DNA from: Felis catus
Taxonomy: Eukaryota
NCBI RefSeq assembly: GCF_018350175.1
Contig: NC_058372.1
Location: 3,844,001-3,908,000 of the forward strand
Length of the DNA stretch: 64,000 nucleotides
Reading direction: 5' to 3'
This document shows positions 11,551 through 23,029 of this stretch, piece by piece. The translations under genes and the position numbers were made by a program. The notes beneath the pieces were generated by a model, which worked only from the letters and a program-made list of their open reading frames with translations, was not told the origin of the DNA and did no database searches. Position 1 is the first letter of the stretch, and each line of letters begins with the position of its first letter.

Positions 11551-11859
11551 AATGGGCTGCTATGGAGACCTACTAAAGGATAAAGCAACCTGGAGTGCAT
11601 TTTGGCTCATTTCTTGGCCCCTTCTCTGTTCTTTGTCTCACTATTGATTTGCTCTGTGTTCTGTGAAATAGTTGCTGCTCAACAGAACTCCATGGCCTAG
11701 CTCTGAGTGTCCCGCCAGCTTGTAGTGACACTTAAAGGCTGTGAGAGTGTCATCTTCTCTCTCAATCCTACTGGTTTTTAGCAGGGTGGCCTTAATCACC
11801 TCTAAAATTTTATCAGTTTCCTTCCACCCACTTCGAGCTTCATAATGAAGCTTGTCGCA

Positions 11860-13460
11860 TATCCACCTGTATATCTGATATATCTACTTGAATATCTAAT
11901 GGACATCTAAAACTTGTCCACATTAGGTATCTTAACGCATAAACCCCAAATCTGTTCCTCCTTCAGTATTCCCCACCTCAATAGATGGAACTCCATTCTT
12001 CCGGGGGCTCAGCCCAGAAAACATGCGGTCCTGTCTGAGCTCTTTCTCATAACTTTCATCCAACCCAGTCAGCTCTATCTTCCAAATCAGAGCACCTTTC
12101 CCGACATCCTCTGCTTCTACTCCTGGACAAGCCACAATCACCTTTTTTCCAGATGACCATAATGAGTCCTAACTAGTCTTTCTGTTTCCACTTCTGATGG
12201 CTAGTTTTTTTCTCAGCCCCACAGAAGGAGCGATCCTTTCAAAAGATGTCGTGTCCGCCATCTGCCCAGAACATTCCAGCGGTGTTCCTTCTTCATAACA
12301 AAAGCCAGTGTCTTTGTCACAGCCTACAAGCACAATAGCCAATACGTCCAGCTTGGCTGAGTTGGAGGGGTTTCTGAGATATGGAGCTTTCAGCGCTCAA
12401 CCTTGGGGAAAGTCCCAAGCAAACAGGATGAGTTTGTCACGCTACCTAAGATGGCTTTACGTGATCTGGCCCTCGGCCATCCTCTCACCTCACTCACTCT
12501 CCCATTTCTTTGTCCTCACTGACCTTTTTGCTGCTTGTGGAGTGGAGCAAGCATGTTCCGGGCTCCGAGCCTTTGTCCTGATTTTTCTTTCTTCCTAGAA
12601 GTATCTTCTGGTGTAGGAGAGATAAAATTTTACCTCTGCTTTCTTAGGGGTTTTAGCAGGCCTAAGAATTAAATTGACATAAAACAGGTTCATGGGAAAA
12701 GAGCATACAATTCATTTATATTTACATGAATACATATATATTTTTATCTATAGTCATTGAGGTACACCAATGGGTTTTCCGGGACAAAGGTGCCCTCCTA
12801 AGGAAATGAACACCCAAAGAAGCAATTGGACTTGAACACTTATGTACCGAGCTGGACAAAGAAGAGTAAACTGTGAAAACAGAACAAGGCAAGGGGGCTG
12901 GGGGCCGGGCAGTTAATTGTGGGAAAGTAAGTAGGAAGATAAGCGTTAGTTTACAAGGTTTGTACAGAGTTCTCCCAGCTTTGATGATCCAACGTGGCAA
13001 AGATATGACTTTCCTCCTGGTAGAGGGGTGACCTCTTCCATATGGGGTTTTCTCTCCTGTTTTCAGGAAGAGAAAGGAGAGGTCAGAGTGCTTTTCTCGC
13101 ACCTGTTTGTTTTCCCGGTGCCTTTAATCTTGATGTCAGGCACATAGTTTGTGTGGCATGTTCTGCTGTCACTGGACATAGAGTGACATGCTGCATGGCT
13201 GCAGACTTCATTCAGGCCTCTGCTCAAATGCCCTCTTATGAAAAGAGAACTTTCCTGACCACCCTATGTGAACGAATACCCCCTCTGCTCATTCTTTAAA
13301 ATAGCATATGTATCCCCACCCGTATCGCTATATATTTATTTTGTTTGTGGTCCTGTCTTCCTCAACTAGAATATAATCCTGTGACAGCGGGGGCTTTGTT
13401 TTGTCCCTGAGATGTTCCCTAGCTCCTAGAACAGGGCTGAGAGCTAACAGGTATGCAGGT
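11860..13460 (+). mobile_element. LINE-2 fragment interrupted by an LTR (12612-13177)
   Basis: L2 3' region motifs on both sides of the LTR. Confidence 0.65.
12612..13177. mobile_element. ERV1 LTR, MER34-like
   Basis: TG...CA ends; tgtaggagagataaaattttacctct...aagaattaaattgacataaaacagg. Confidence 0.65.
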
Positions 13461-13970
13461 TTGTTGTGGAGGGAGAGGAAAAACATTTTTCCTTCTGCTC
13501 TTCTAAATTCTTGACTGGGACCTCCCTGCAACAAAAAAGACATATTAACAGGAGAAAAACAAATTTAGTTATATACAGATGTACAGGAGCCCCCACAAAG
13601 ATCTGAGATTCAAGGAAGTGATCAGAGCCGGAAGCTTTTGTATCTTTCTAGACAATACGTTTCTAAAGAACAGAGAAAGTGCTTTTGGGCTAGGAGTAAA
13701 GAAGTAACAAGGTTTGTTCATACAGACTTCTCGACTCTGAATTCCACATCTCCAGTGATAAGGATGTTTCTCTTCCTCCTGGTATAGGAGGGTACTTTTC
13801 ATAGAAGAGATTTATCTTCTGCTTTCAGGGAAAAAGAGAGAAGTGGGGGTTACAAGCGGTGAGGAGGTGTCGGGGTGATATTCCTGCTTCTGCCGCTCAA
13901 GTTCGTTGAGTTGAACATATTTAATATGCCAAGGTGGCGTATCAGGGAATAGCATGCCCTGTACCCCATC
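13457..13970. mobile_element. ERV1 LTR, MER34-like (second copy)
   Basis: Similar motif order to 12612-13177; ends accccatca. Confidence 0.6.
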
Positions 13971-15010
13971 AGTTGAACGAATGCATGCGTGAATTTTCTA
14001 CACAAGACCCTAGGCTCACCAGAGTGCCGCCACGACAGATTCTCCTTCTACTCTTCCTTGACTTACCTAGATCTGAGGAATGGTGCAGAGTGGGAAATCG
14101 GGCAGCAGCAGTATCTTTGTTCTGAACAAGGCCTTCACGAGTGTTAGGACGGAGGAAGGCTCAGAGGCTTTCACCCAGGCCAGTGAGTGCGACAAATGGG
14201 CATGGTGCTGTCTGTAAGGCTGTGAATAAGCTAGGCCAACCGTAACAGAAGCCAGGCGTGTCTGTTGTTACAGCCACCGCACCTCCCCTCCCGTATGGAA
14301 AACTCTGCATCCACACACCTCTCTAATATACTCCGGATCCAGGACAGAGAATTCTGTCTGATTTGCCCACTGCCTACAGCAGTATCAGGCACGTCACATG
14401 AGGTCAACAAATATCTCTTGAAGGAACGCCAGCTAAGGAAATAAAGTGACCACTCTCCCAACCATGCCCATTTTGGTCCTCTGACGGTCCAGGAAGCAGC
14501 TCTGAATCCTCCCCATTGTCAATTTAAATTAAGCCAGGCTAGGTACTTTTATCATTCCCGGAGAAATCTTGGAGGACAATTACTAGGTGGAAAAGGAGAC
14601 CTAAAAAGCCAGGAGAGACATTGGCTGAAGCTAACACACGGTGGCTGCAGTCAGCACACGGTCTCACTCCTGCTGTCTAGATTTTGAAATATAGTGTATA
14701 TACCATATTCCGCCCCCCCCGACACACACTTTGAAGTGTACAATCCAATTTATTTTAGTATATCTACTTAATTGTACATCCATCCCCACTATCTAATGTA
14801 CATTTCCATCACCCTAATTTCCATTTCTCTGGGAAGGAAGGAAAAAAAAAAAAAAAAAAGCATGGCTAACTGCGAGGGCTGTGCTGACAGTGAATGAGGC
14901 ACTTTCCCCCATTAGCCAGATTTTACTTTCCCCTGAATCCAGTGCTCTCTGGGTTTTCTGGCAGTCTGAATCTGGTTTCCTCCCTTGCCCACCATTTCCA
15001 GGTTTTTCTT

Positions 15011-15050
15011 GTATGTATGTATGTTATGTATGTATGTATGTATGTATGTA
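15011..15050. repeat. (TATG)n microsatellite
   Basis: Direct reading. Confidence 0.9.
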
Positions 15051-15584
15051 TTTTAGACAAATCGCTCTATTAGCGCTAACAACTTCAGTACTCTTCTTGG
15101 GACCTGATAGAGGGCCTGATAGACAGGGTCTATCTCATAATCCGCAAAAAGACATTTTTTAAATTCCTAAATCGGGGCTTTGGCCTCTCTGGTCAGCCTT
15201 CCCATCCCCCAATCCGGCTCGCCTCTGGGGGGGAAGCACATGAGATCATCAGTTCTGATTGGTTGACAACCATGGATGGGACTTGCTGATTGGATAATGT
15301 CCCTCTTTGTTCCTGGAATCCCTTGTCAAGTTCCTTACTCTGCTTTGGTTACCCCTCACTTTTGAGTTGGAATATCACTACTCCCCTGCTCGTATGCGGT
15401 GAGTGGGAACAGAGGAGGGGGTAAAATAAACCATTGAGCTAAGGGAGTTACCTTGGCACATACAACTATCGAACTGAAGTTTTCCTTTCAAAACCCCACA
15501 ACCTTCTGGGTTTCGGTCTCAATATTGTGGATTCTAAGTAGAGTACGGAGCTGGTAGGCTCAAGTGCCCTATTCGTTTGGGACA

Positions 15585-15623
15585 GCCCTTTTTTTGAACA
15601 GTTGGGTGGCCCTGAAAAGGGCC
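15585..15623 (-). terminator. Histone 3' stem-loop and HDE (H4)
   Basis: Minus strand GGCCCTTTTCAGGGCC 15623-15608, ACCCA, AAAAAGGGCTGT. Confidence 0.97.
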
Positions 15624-15666
15624 TTTGGTTGAGAAATGAAACGTTCTGGTGGCGAAACCCGGCAAN

Positions 15667-16032
<366 letters not shown>

Positions 16033-16096
16033 TTATATAACTACGTCCCCCGCCCCCTTGCAGATACAGAGAATGGAAAGCGCGCAGGCGGGAAAT
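16033..16096 (-). promoter_or_regulatory. H4 promoter: TATA, GC box, TTTCCCGCC
   Basis: TTATATAA 16040-16033; GGGGGCGGGG just upstream; TTTCCCGCCTGCGCG. Confidence 0.75.
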
Positions 16097-16644
16097 GTGA
16101 CGCAACAGTCCCCTCCCTTAACCCCTCCTCCAAGCCCCAGGACTAGAGGCGGGAGGGGGGTGGGTCAGAACCCAGTTTGACCAGTGTTAACTGGGCGACA
16201 TTGTTTTAAAGAACTGCGTTTATAGTAAATTCATGTTGATTCCAAAAATAATCTGGCAGAGAATAAAGAAGGTAGTCTTTCACAGTAAATTTCAGTAATG
16301 GCAAAAATACCAAGATCAAAGAAATGTAAATTGGGTAGTTTGGCCAATGACAAAACCAGGCTTTTAAAATTATTTTACAGGTTATAGTTGGTAAAACTAT
16401 ACTGTTCCAGTTCCACAAATGATGCACGATAAACCATATTTAATCCTCTCCAAAGACCAATCCTTTAGGGTTCCTCTTAAAACGCCAACCGGCTTAGGAC
16501 CTAACCTCTTAAAGGGCCAGCTTTGTTCGCAAATACAGTAAATATCTAGACAAAATTTACCTGTAACCCGTCAAATTATCGTCGATACCTAGCTTTTCAA
16601 TTCTAAGTGCAGGGCTGGTTCTATTAAATGTGGTGCTAGATTTG

Positions 16645-16688
16645 TACAGCTACTTTACTTGAAAACGTGGGTGGCTCTGAAAAGAGCC
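16645..16688 (-). terminator. Histone 3' stem-loop and HDE (H3)
   Basis: Minus strand GGCTCTTTTCAGAGCC 16688-16673, ACCCA, AAAGTAGCTGT. Confidence 0.97.
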
Positions 16689-16723
16689 TTTGGTTTGAGC
16701 TTCAAAATAAAGAACCGGCAGCG

Positions 16724-17134
16724 TTAAGCTCTCTCGCCGCGGNNNNNNNNNNNNNNNNNNNNNNNNNNNNNNNNNNNNNNNNNNNNNNNNNNNNNNNNNN
16801 NNNNNNNNNNNNNNNNNNNNNNNNNNNNNNNNNNNNNNNNNNNNNNNNNNNNNNNNNNNNNNNNNNNNNNNNNNNNNNNNNNNNNNNNNNNNNNNNNNNN
16901 NNNNNNNNNNNNNNNNNNNNNNNNNCGCTNNNNNNNNNNNNNNNNNNNNNNNNNNNNNNNNNNNNNNNNNNNNNNNNNNNNNNNNNNNNNNNNNNNNNNN
17001 NNNNNNNNNNNNNNNNNNNNNNNNNNNNNNNNNNNNNNNNNNNNNNNNNNNNNNNNNNNNNNNNNNNNNNNNNNNNNNNNNNNNNNNNNNNNNNNNNNCG
17101 TCGATTTGCGCGCTGTCTGCTTGGTACGAGCCAT
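16724..17134 (-). CDS. H3C1: Histone H3, replication-dependent (136 aa)
   Basis: MARTKQTARKST...RGERA*; 411 nt; interior masked; symbol by synteny. Confidence 0.93.
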   Translation of the reverse strand: MARTKQTARKSTXXXXXXXXXXXXXXXXXXXXXXXXXXXXXXXXXXXXXXXXXXXXXXXXXXXXXXXXXXXXXXXXXXXXXXXXXXXXXXXXXXXXXXXXXXXXXXXXXXXXXXXXXXXXXXXXXXXXXXXRGERA

Positions 17135-17195
17135 AGCAAAAGCGATCTAGAAAGACATACCACGCCCGCACAAACATGTAGGGCAGACTTGCCGG

Positions 17196-17308
17196 TATTT
17201 ATAGTACGTAGGGTGTAGTGATTGGATGAGAGAAATGCTTAACTACAAGGCTACAGGCTCTGATTGGTCTATCTCTGAATTTTCCAACAACTGCACAGTT
17301 TCATTGGC
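17196..17308 (-). promoter_or_regulatory. H3 promoter: TATA and three CCAAT boxes
   Basis: TATAAATA 17203-17196; CCAAT (plus-strand ATTGG) at 17221, 17263, 17304. Confidence 0.88.
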
Positions 17309-19472
17309 TATCACGTTATCCTCAGCTCTTTCCAAGGTTTTATTTCTTCCACTTCCGACTTTCAGTCTGAATGCAATGCTTTGAACCTTACCTTTCAAAA
17401 AACTAGACATGGACTTCATTGGTATTGCTCCAAAGCTCTGTATTTCTTTAGTTCTTCGGGAGGAAAAATTGAGAAATAATGTCCGCAATAACGTACTCTT
17501 CAGAGTCCCTGCTCAATAACCCGATATCAGGTTATAAATTTCTGAAATCTTTTTCAAAAATGTGATTCTTTTGTAATGCTTAAGTTGAGGAACTCCTTTG
17601 AATCCGACAAGACAATTTCAACCATAATCAAATTACGCTAGCGTTTACAGAAATTTTCCTTTAATCAGGAATCTATTTGTTAAATGTTAAAGCTGACTTC
17701 TAAACGTGGAGCATTCTTACGTGTCTCGTATACCTTATATCTTCTAAAGTCTAGAGTGCATTTTGCCAGGTGTAAAATAGCAGTGACTAAACTCCCCAGT
17801 ACCGACCTCTGAGCCTTGAGGAGGAGGCGTGTCCTCGTTCCGATCAAGTGGAAATCAGAGCCACAAGGACAAATTTACCACTGCCAAGGCCTAACCTTAC
17901 AGTTTTTAAAATTCTTCCAAGCTTAAAAGCATCAAATGTGACAGATTTGTACTTAGAGTAGGCATACCAGATTCTACCGTTTGATTGGTTGAGTCTTTTA
18001 TACTGACCGGCCATTAAGAAAAGAAATCTAGCATCTCATTTGGGTGGAAAATTCGCTAGTTTATTTGAATCCAATGGCTACACAGGAGTCGGGAACCTTT
18101 GCTTAAATTCCTGAATCCAGCATTTTCTTTTAAACACCTGCGTTTAATTAGATTCCTCACTTATTATACTAAGAAAAGCTTGATTTTCAAAAACTGTTTC
18201 ACTTACGAAACCTTCCGTTCTTGGAGAAAGGTTGTGTACCTGTTAGTGTCATCGACTATCCTTCAAAGGATTAGCTTCAGATCGTTCCCTTCCAGATTGT
18301 TAGAAATTACGTGTTGCGTTTTGAAAACCTGGACCCTGGAAAATGGGAAACGGTTGAGAACGGTAGGGAAGATGGACGTGGGAACATCACATTATTGGCG
18401 GTAAGCTGGCAACCAGCCCCTCTGTGGTTGGCGGGAAGCAGGGAGGCTCGGGTTACCCAGGCCCGCGCGGACTTGTTTGAGAACCTCTGCCGCGCAGCGC
18501 GGGAATGAGACGCCGCTGTCTTCTCCCGGCCGCCAGGCGACTGCCCAGAGCCTCTCGTGAGAGGCATTTTGTTCTTTCATGTTTCTGCACGATGTGAAAT
18601 CGCTTTAGCGGTGTTGATACTTTTCAATGCTCCTTACAGCCACAAGGAAGCGAAAGGAAGATCGCTCTAACCAGTTGTGTCCTCTCGCTTTCACACAAGG
18701 AAACCTAAGCCCCCACAGTCCTCCCGGCGCTTATTTGATGCCCCTCCCTTGTCTGGTTTTGAGCTTCAGAAGTCTTTGGTGAATGCGACATACTGACAGG
18801 GAAAAGGTGATAGGTAAAGGGGAACAGCCGCTGGTTGGGGTTACGTGGGAAGGATGAAAAGGCATCGGGAATTCGTGCAACGCATTGGATTGTAAAAATA
18901 AGTTGCAATCACACTTGTATATTGTTTTCTGCACGTGCAGCTTGCGTGTTAACTGCCGCGTGAGTTCTGGTGTTTCCCACGACACTCCTCTGACCAAAAT
19001 TCACAAAAGGCCCGGTGCAGGCGTATCAGTCTTCGGCGTTGCCGGCAAGGCCACGGCACTGATGAGAGCTGGTCCCGAACCTGCAAGACGAGGCCTCCAC
19101 CCATCCACACACACACCCCCAACCCAAGCACACCCCGCTTTCCTCTCTCCCTCCCGCCACTCAAGACGCCACCTTTCACGTTTACTAATTAGAAACAGGC
19201 GCCCCTGACAACACCCAGCTGAAGCTCCTTGGATTCCTGTTTGAGGGCCCCGTTTACAAACAGCTCTCCCTCCGCCCCCCGAGATGAGGCCGGTTTTGCG
19301 GTCCGCGCTGAGGTCCGGGGGCCGCAGAGCCCGGCCCCTCCCCGCCCCGAGTTTCCGTGCCCGAAGCGGCCGGGGTGGCAGCCCGGGGCCCGCGCGCGCC
19401 CGCGCGCGCGGCTGGCTAGAGGGACCCGGCGGAGAGGCGGCGCTCCGAGGCGAGAGGCGAGCGGAGCGAGCA

Positions 19473-19503
19473 CCAATCACAGCGCGGCCCCGCCCTATAA
19501 ATA
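19473..19503 (+). promoter_or_regulatory. H1 promoter: CCAAT, GC box, TATA, in a CpG island
   Basis: CCAAT 19473-19477; CCCCGCCC; TATAAATA 19496-19503. Confidence 0.9.
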
Positions 19504-19578
19504 CGCGGCGCCGCCGTCCCCGGCGTCTTCCTGTCCCGTCAGGTCCCTGCAGTTGGCTCTGCCCGCCTCCCTCGCAGC

Positions 19579-20223
19579 ATGTCCGAGACCGCGCCGCCCG
19601 CGCCGGCCGCCTCCACTCCCCCCGAGAAGCCCGCGCCGGGCAAGAAGGCCAAGCGACCCGCGAAAGCCGCCGCCGCCAAGAAGAAGCCCGCGGGCCCTTC
19701 TGTGTCCGAGCTGATCGTGCAAGCCGTGTCCTCCTCCAAGGAGCGCAGCGGCGTGTCCCTGGCCGCGCTCAAGAAGGCGCTGGCGGCCGCCGGCTACGAC
19801 GTGGAGAAGAACAACAGCCGCATCAAGCTGGGCCTCAAGAGCCTGGTGAGCAAGGGCACCCTGGTGCAGACCAAGGGCACCGGCGCCTCGGGCTCGTTCA
19901 AGCTCAACAAGAAGGCCTCCCCTGGGGAGGCCAAGGCCAACCCCACAAAGGTGGCGAAAGCCAAGGTGACGGGCGCCTCTAAGAAGCCCAAAAAGGTCAC
20001 GGCGGCTGTTAAAAAAGCCGTCAAGACCCCGAAAAAGGCCAAGAAGCCTGCTGTAACCAAGAAGCCCTCCAAGAGTCCCAAGAAGCCCAAGGTCGTGAAG
20101 CCTAAGAAAGTAGCCAAGAGCCCTGCCAAAGCCAAGGCTGTGAAGCCCAAAGCGGCCAAGGCGAAGGTGACCAAGCCAAAGACCGCTGCCAAGCCCAAAA
20201 AAGCAGCGCCCAAGAAGAAGTAA
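19579..20223 (+). CDS. H1-1: Linker histone H1.1 (214 aa)
   Basis: Complete [15 protein letters not shown]...[51 protein letters not shown]...KKAAPKKK; SVSELIVQA is typical of H1.1; syntenic next to TRIM38. Confidence 0.96.
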   Translation: MSETAPPAPAASTPPEKPAPGKKAKRPAKAAAAKKKPAGPSVSELIVQAVSSSKERSGVSLAALKKALAAAGYDVEKNNSRIKLGLKSLVSKGTLVQTKGTGASGSFKLNKKASPGEAKANPTKVAKAKVTGASKKPKKVTAAVKKAVKTPKKAKKPAVTKKPSKSPKKPKVVKPKKVAKSPAKAKAVKPKAAKAKVTKPKTAAKPKKAAPKKK

Positions 20224-20258
20224 AGGTTCCAGTTGGAAGCTTCTTCCAATAACCCAAC

Positions 20259-20299
20259 GGCTCTTTTAAGAGCCACCAACCTACTCCGGGGAAAGAGCT
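20259..20299 (+). terminator. Histone 3' stem-loop and HDE (H1)
   Basis: GGCTCTTTTAAGAGCC 20259-20274, ACCAA, AAAGAGCT 20292-20299. Confidence 0.97.
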
Positions 20300-20728
20300 T
20301 TAGTACGTGTGCCCTTGGGCTTCGCGGAATTTCTGCCTTCTTGCCAGGGTCCCCACCAACTTCTGCCCCGTGCTCAGTCCCTTACAGTGGAGTTGTCGCT
20401 ACGGGGAGCTAGGCCCTAGTACTTGAGACTAGGGTTCTGGGGCTTGAAGGGGCTTCAAGTGGGGCGGTTTGAGAGCCCCTTCCCTAGTACTTCATTTTAC
20501 CCGAGGTTCCCGCGCAGTACCAGAAGTACATGGGGGAACTTGGCGTCCCTGCCACCAAGTTCCACACCCCCAAGCTAGTCCGTCATCCACGTGAACTATT
20601 TGGGGCGTGACAGCCCCGCCGTGGTCCGGGTTGGAAGCGTGTGCCACGACTACTCGGTTTTCCTGGTTGAGTTCAAAGCAGGGACGTGGTGTGGACAATA
20701 GTGCGAAAGCGGCCTTTTCCAAAATTGG

Positions 20729-21054
20729 TTCCCTGGAGAAGGCCTTTCCGGGCAATCGGTGCAACCTAGGGCTTGGCCACGCCCTCCGCACCCGCGGCAC
20801 GCCAGCTGGACGTCCTCCGGCAGGACGGGGCAGGACGGAGACGCCCTGGCGTGGATGGCGCGCAGGCCGGTGTCCTCGAGGAGCCCTAGGAACCCCGCCA
20901 GGTAGGCCTTGCACGCCTCCCGCGGCGCCGAGACGCCCGAGCTCTGGAAGCGCAGGTCGTTCTTGCGGGCGCTTGAGCGTGGGGCGAGCTGCGGGCGAGT
21001 TTCTGGCCGAGGTCACGACCAAGGGGCTTGGCTGCAATGGAATTTGAGAGCCAT
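20729..21054 (-). pseudogene. Diverged H3.1-derived pseudogene with internal deletion
   Basis: Minus strand from 20964 reads [40 protein letters not shown]...PEDVQLACR (H3 K79-R129); upstream [12 protein letters not shown] resembles tail RKQLATKAARK; ATG 21054; TGA at codon 14; degenerate stem-loop 20744-20729. Confidence 0.9.
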
Positions 21055-23029
21055 AAGCCCAAAAGCCCTCATCGGGCTTGTCTGTATTTAGGAAACGAAG
21101 CTGCCCTGGCTGGATTTTGGAAAAGCCACTCTAGCCTAACTACACGGTGTTTTCCTGCGCGCAGGGTTGCCCATTCTGGCGGTGCTATATACCATAGTAA
21201 GTAGTGACCACTTTCTCGCAGAATTGCCCCTTTGTAAAGGTTTTTCTGAGTTAATTCTGGGATTCAGATGTTAATCCCGCCTTTCACATCCGAGGAGAAA
21301 ACAGTATGAGCCAGGGTTACTACTTAGCACAGCTCCGTAAAGACTTCTTTTTACGCGTGCCCATACGAATTCTTCTGTTTTTCAGATGATCTTTTTCCTT
21401 TTTGCACTGGCTTGCTGGGCGCCCACTATCCCGTAGTCGGCCAAACAGGCGCTCCACATTTGCGCTCCTCCCTCAAATTGGTTTGTGCTTTCTTTGAACT
21501 CTTTTACAAGCACCCGTCCTCCACAGGCATGACTGTTCATTTTGGTCTTCGGCCAGGGTTATTTACAAAACGGTGTTATTATATACGTTGCAACTTTTTT
21601 TACCAAAACTTCTCAAAAATCCCCTTTAGTCAAACCTTTTTTTTAAAGGTCCTTCACGTAACATAAACTATTCACCTGTTTCCTATTGGTAAGCTTTGAC
21701 ACGGTTTCCATTTACCACTACTGACCCTGGTGCAAGAGTTCCAACACTGAAATTGCTAGAGTGTATTTGATGTCTGGGTTGGTGCTGACCTATCCTGAAA
21801 ATAGCTCCCCTCATCCATTCCAGCTGTCAAGGTGTGGTCACAATTTCTGCCAGTCTAACGGGTATAAAATTATTTCACATTGTCCTTTTGATTTGCATTA
21901 TTATAGTCACTAGTGCATCCTTCCTTTAGGTTTATTAGTCATTTGAATACGCTTTTCAGAGAATGTCTACTTGTTCCTTTGCTCACTTTTTTTCATCGGG
22001 CAGTTTGTGTCTCTTGCCCCATTCTGTTTTTTTATATAGGAGAGACAGGAAACTTCTTATCACCTGTGTTGCAGATAGTTTTCTAATTCTGGCATTGTTT
22101 CCCATATTTTGTTTATGATGTGTTTTCCATTTATATGTATTCTATAAAAGGAGATCTTTCATAGAATTTTATAGATTTTATAGAATCTGGAATATTAAAT
22201 GTTTTAGTTAGAAGCGTATCTTTTTCTTTTGTAGCTTCTAGATTTCCATTTTGGTTAAGAGACTGAACCCTACCCCACCATTATTCATTCAGCAGCCTAG
22301 GTTTTCTTCAAAGAATTTTTCTTTCTTAAAAAATATTTCGTCTCTGATCCATCTAGAATTTTATGTTGTTCAAGATAGAATTGAGTTTACATTCTTCCAG
22401 ATAATGACCAGTTGTCCTAACACCATTTATTAAATAATCCGTCCATTTCTACCACAAAACTGAAATATGTCCTTGTTATTAAAGTATTAAATAATGGGAT
22501 CTATTTATGTCTTCTAACTTTTTATTGATCTCCATATAAGTCCTGTACCTTTATTCCCGATTTGTATGCTTGTTTCTGTTGCGAATGGACGGCTTTTTCG
22601 GTCTTACTGCTAGGAAGGAAGAAATGTTTTGATATGTTGTGGCCAATGAATTTACCAATTTCTATAATTCTATTTCTCTTTACTCTTTAAATTAGGGCTC
22701 CTTGAGTTTTTCCTAGTCCTCTGCAAAATAATCTTACCGTTGGTTTTTTTTTTTTTTCCTCAATGTCAATACCAAGCATTGTATTTCCTTTTTTGTACTG
22801 CATTTGCTGAGAATTTCCAAAGTAAAGTTAAATAATGTAGCAGAAATCACTTTTTAATTCTTGGTTTTAATTAAGCTGTTGTCTGTCCTTTCAGATAATA
22901 TTCGTTAATTTTGGGTATCTCCATTATATTTAAATGATACCTTCAACTCTTCTACTTTTTTAAGAAAATTTTTCGATAGCTTTCAGATTTTAATATATAG
23001 AAATGTATATAAGTATAAATATATATTTT

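Noticed and set aside
18311-18508. ORF containing LFENLC, reminiscent of H3 LFEDTNLC
   Set aside because: A single short motif; flanks do not align with H3.
19001-19982. Long alternative-frame and antisense ORFs over the H1-1 CpG island
   Set aside because: Expected by-product of very high GC and lysine/alanine codon bias; no recognisable domain.
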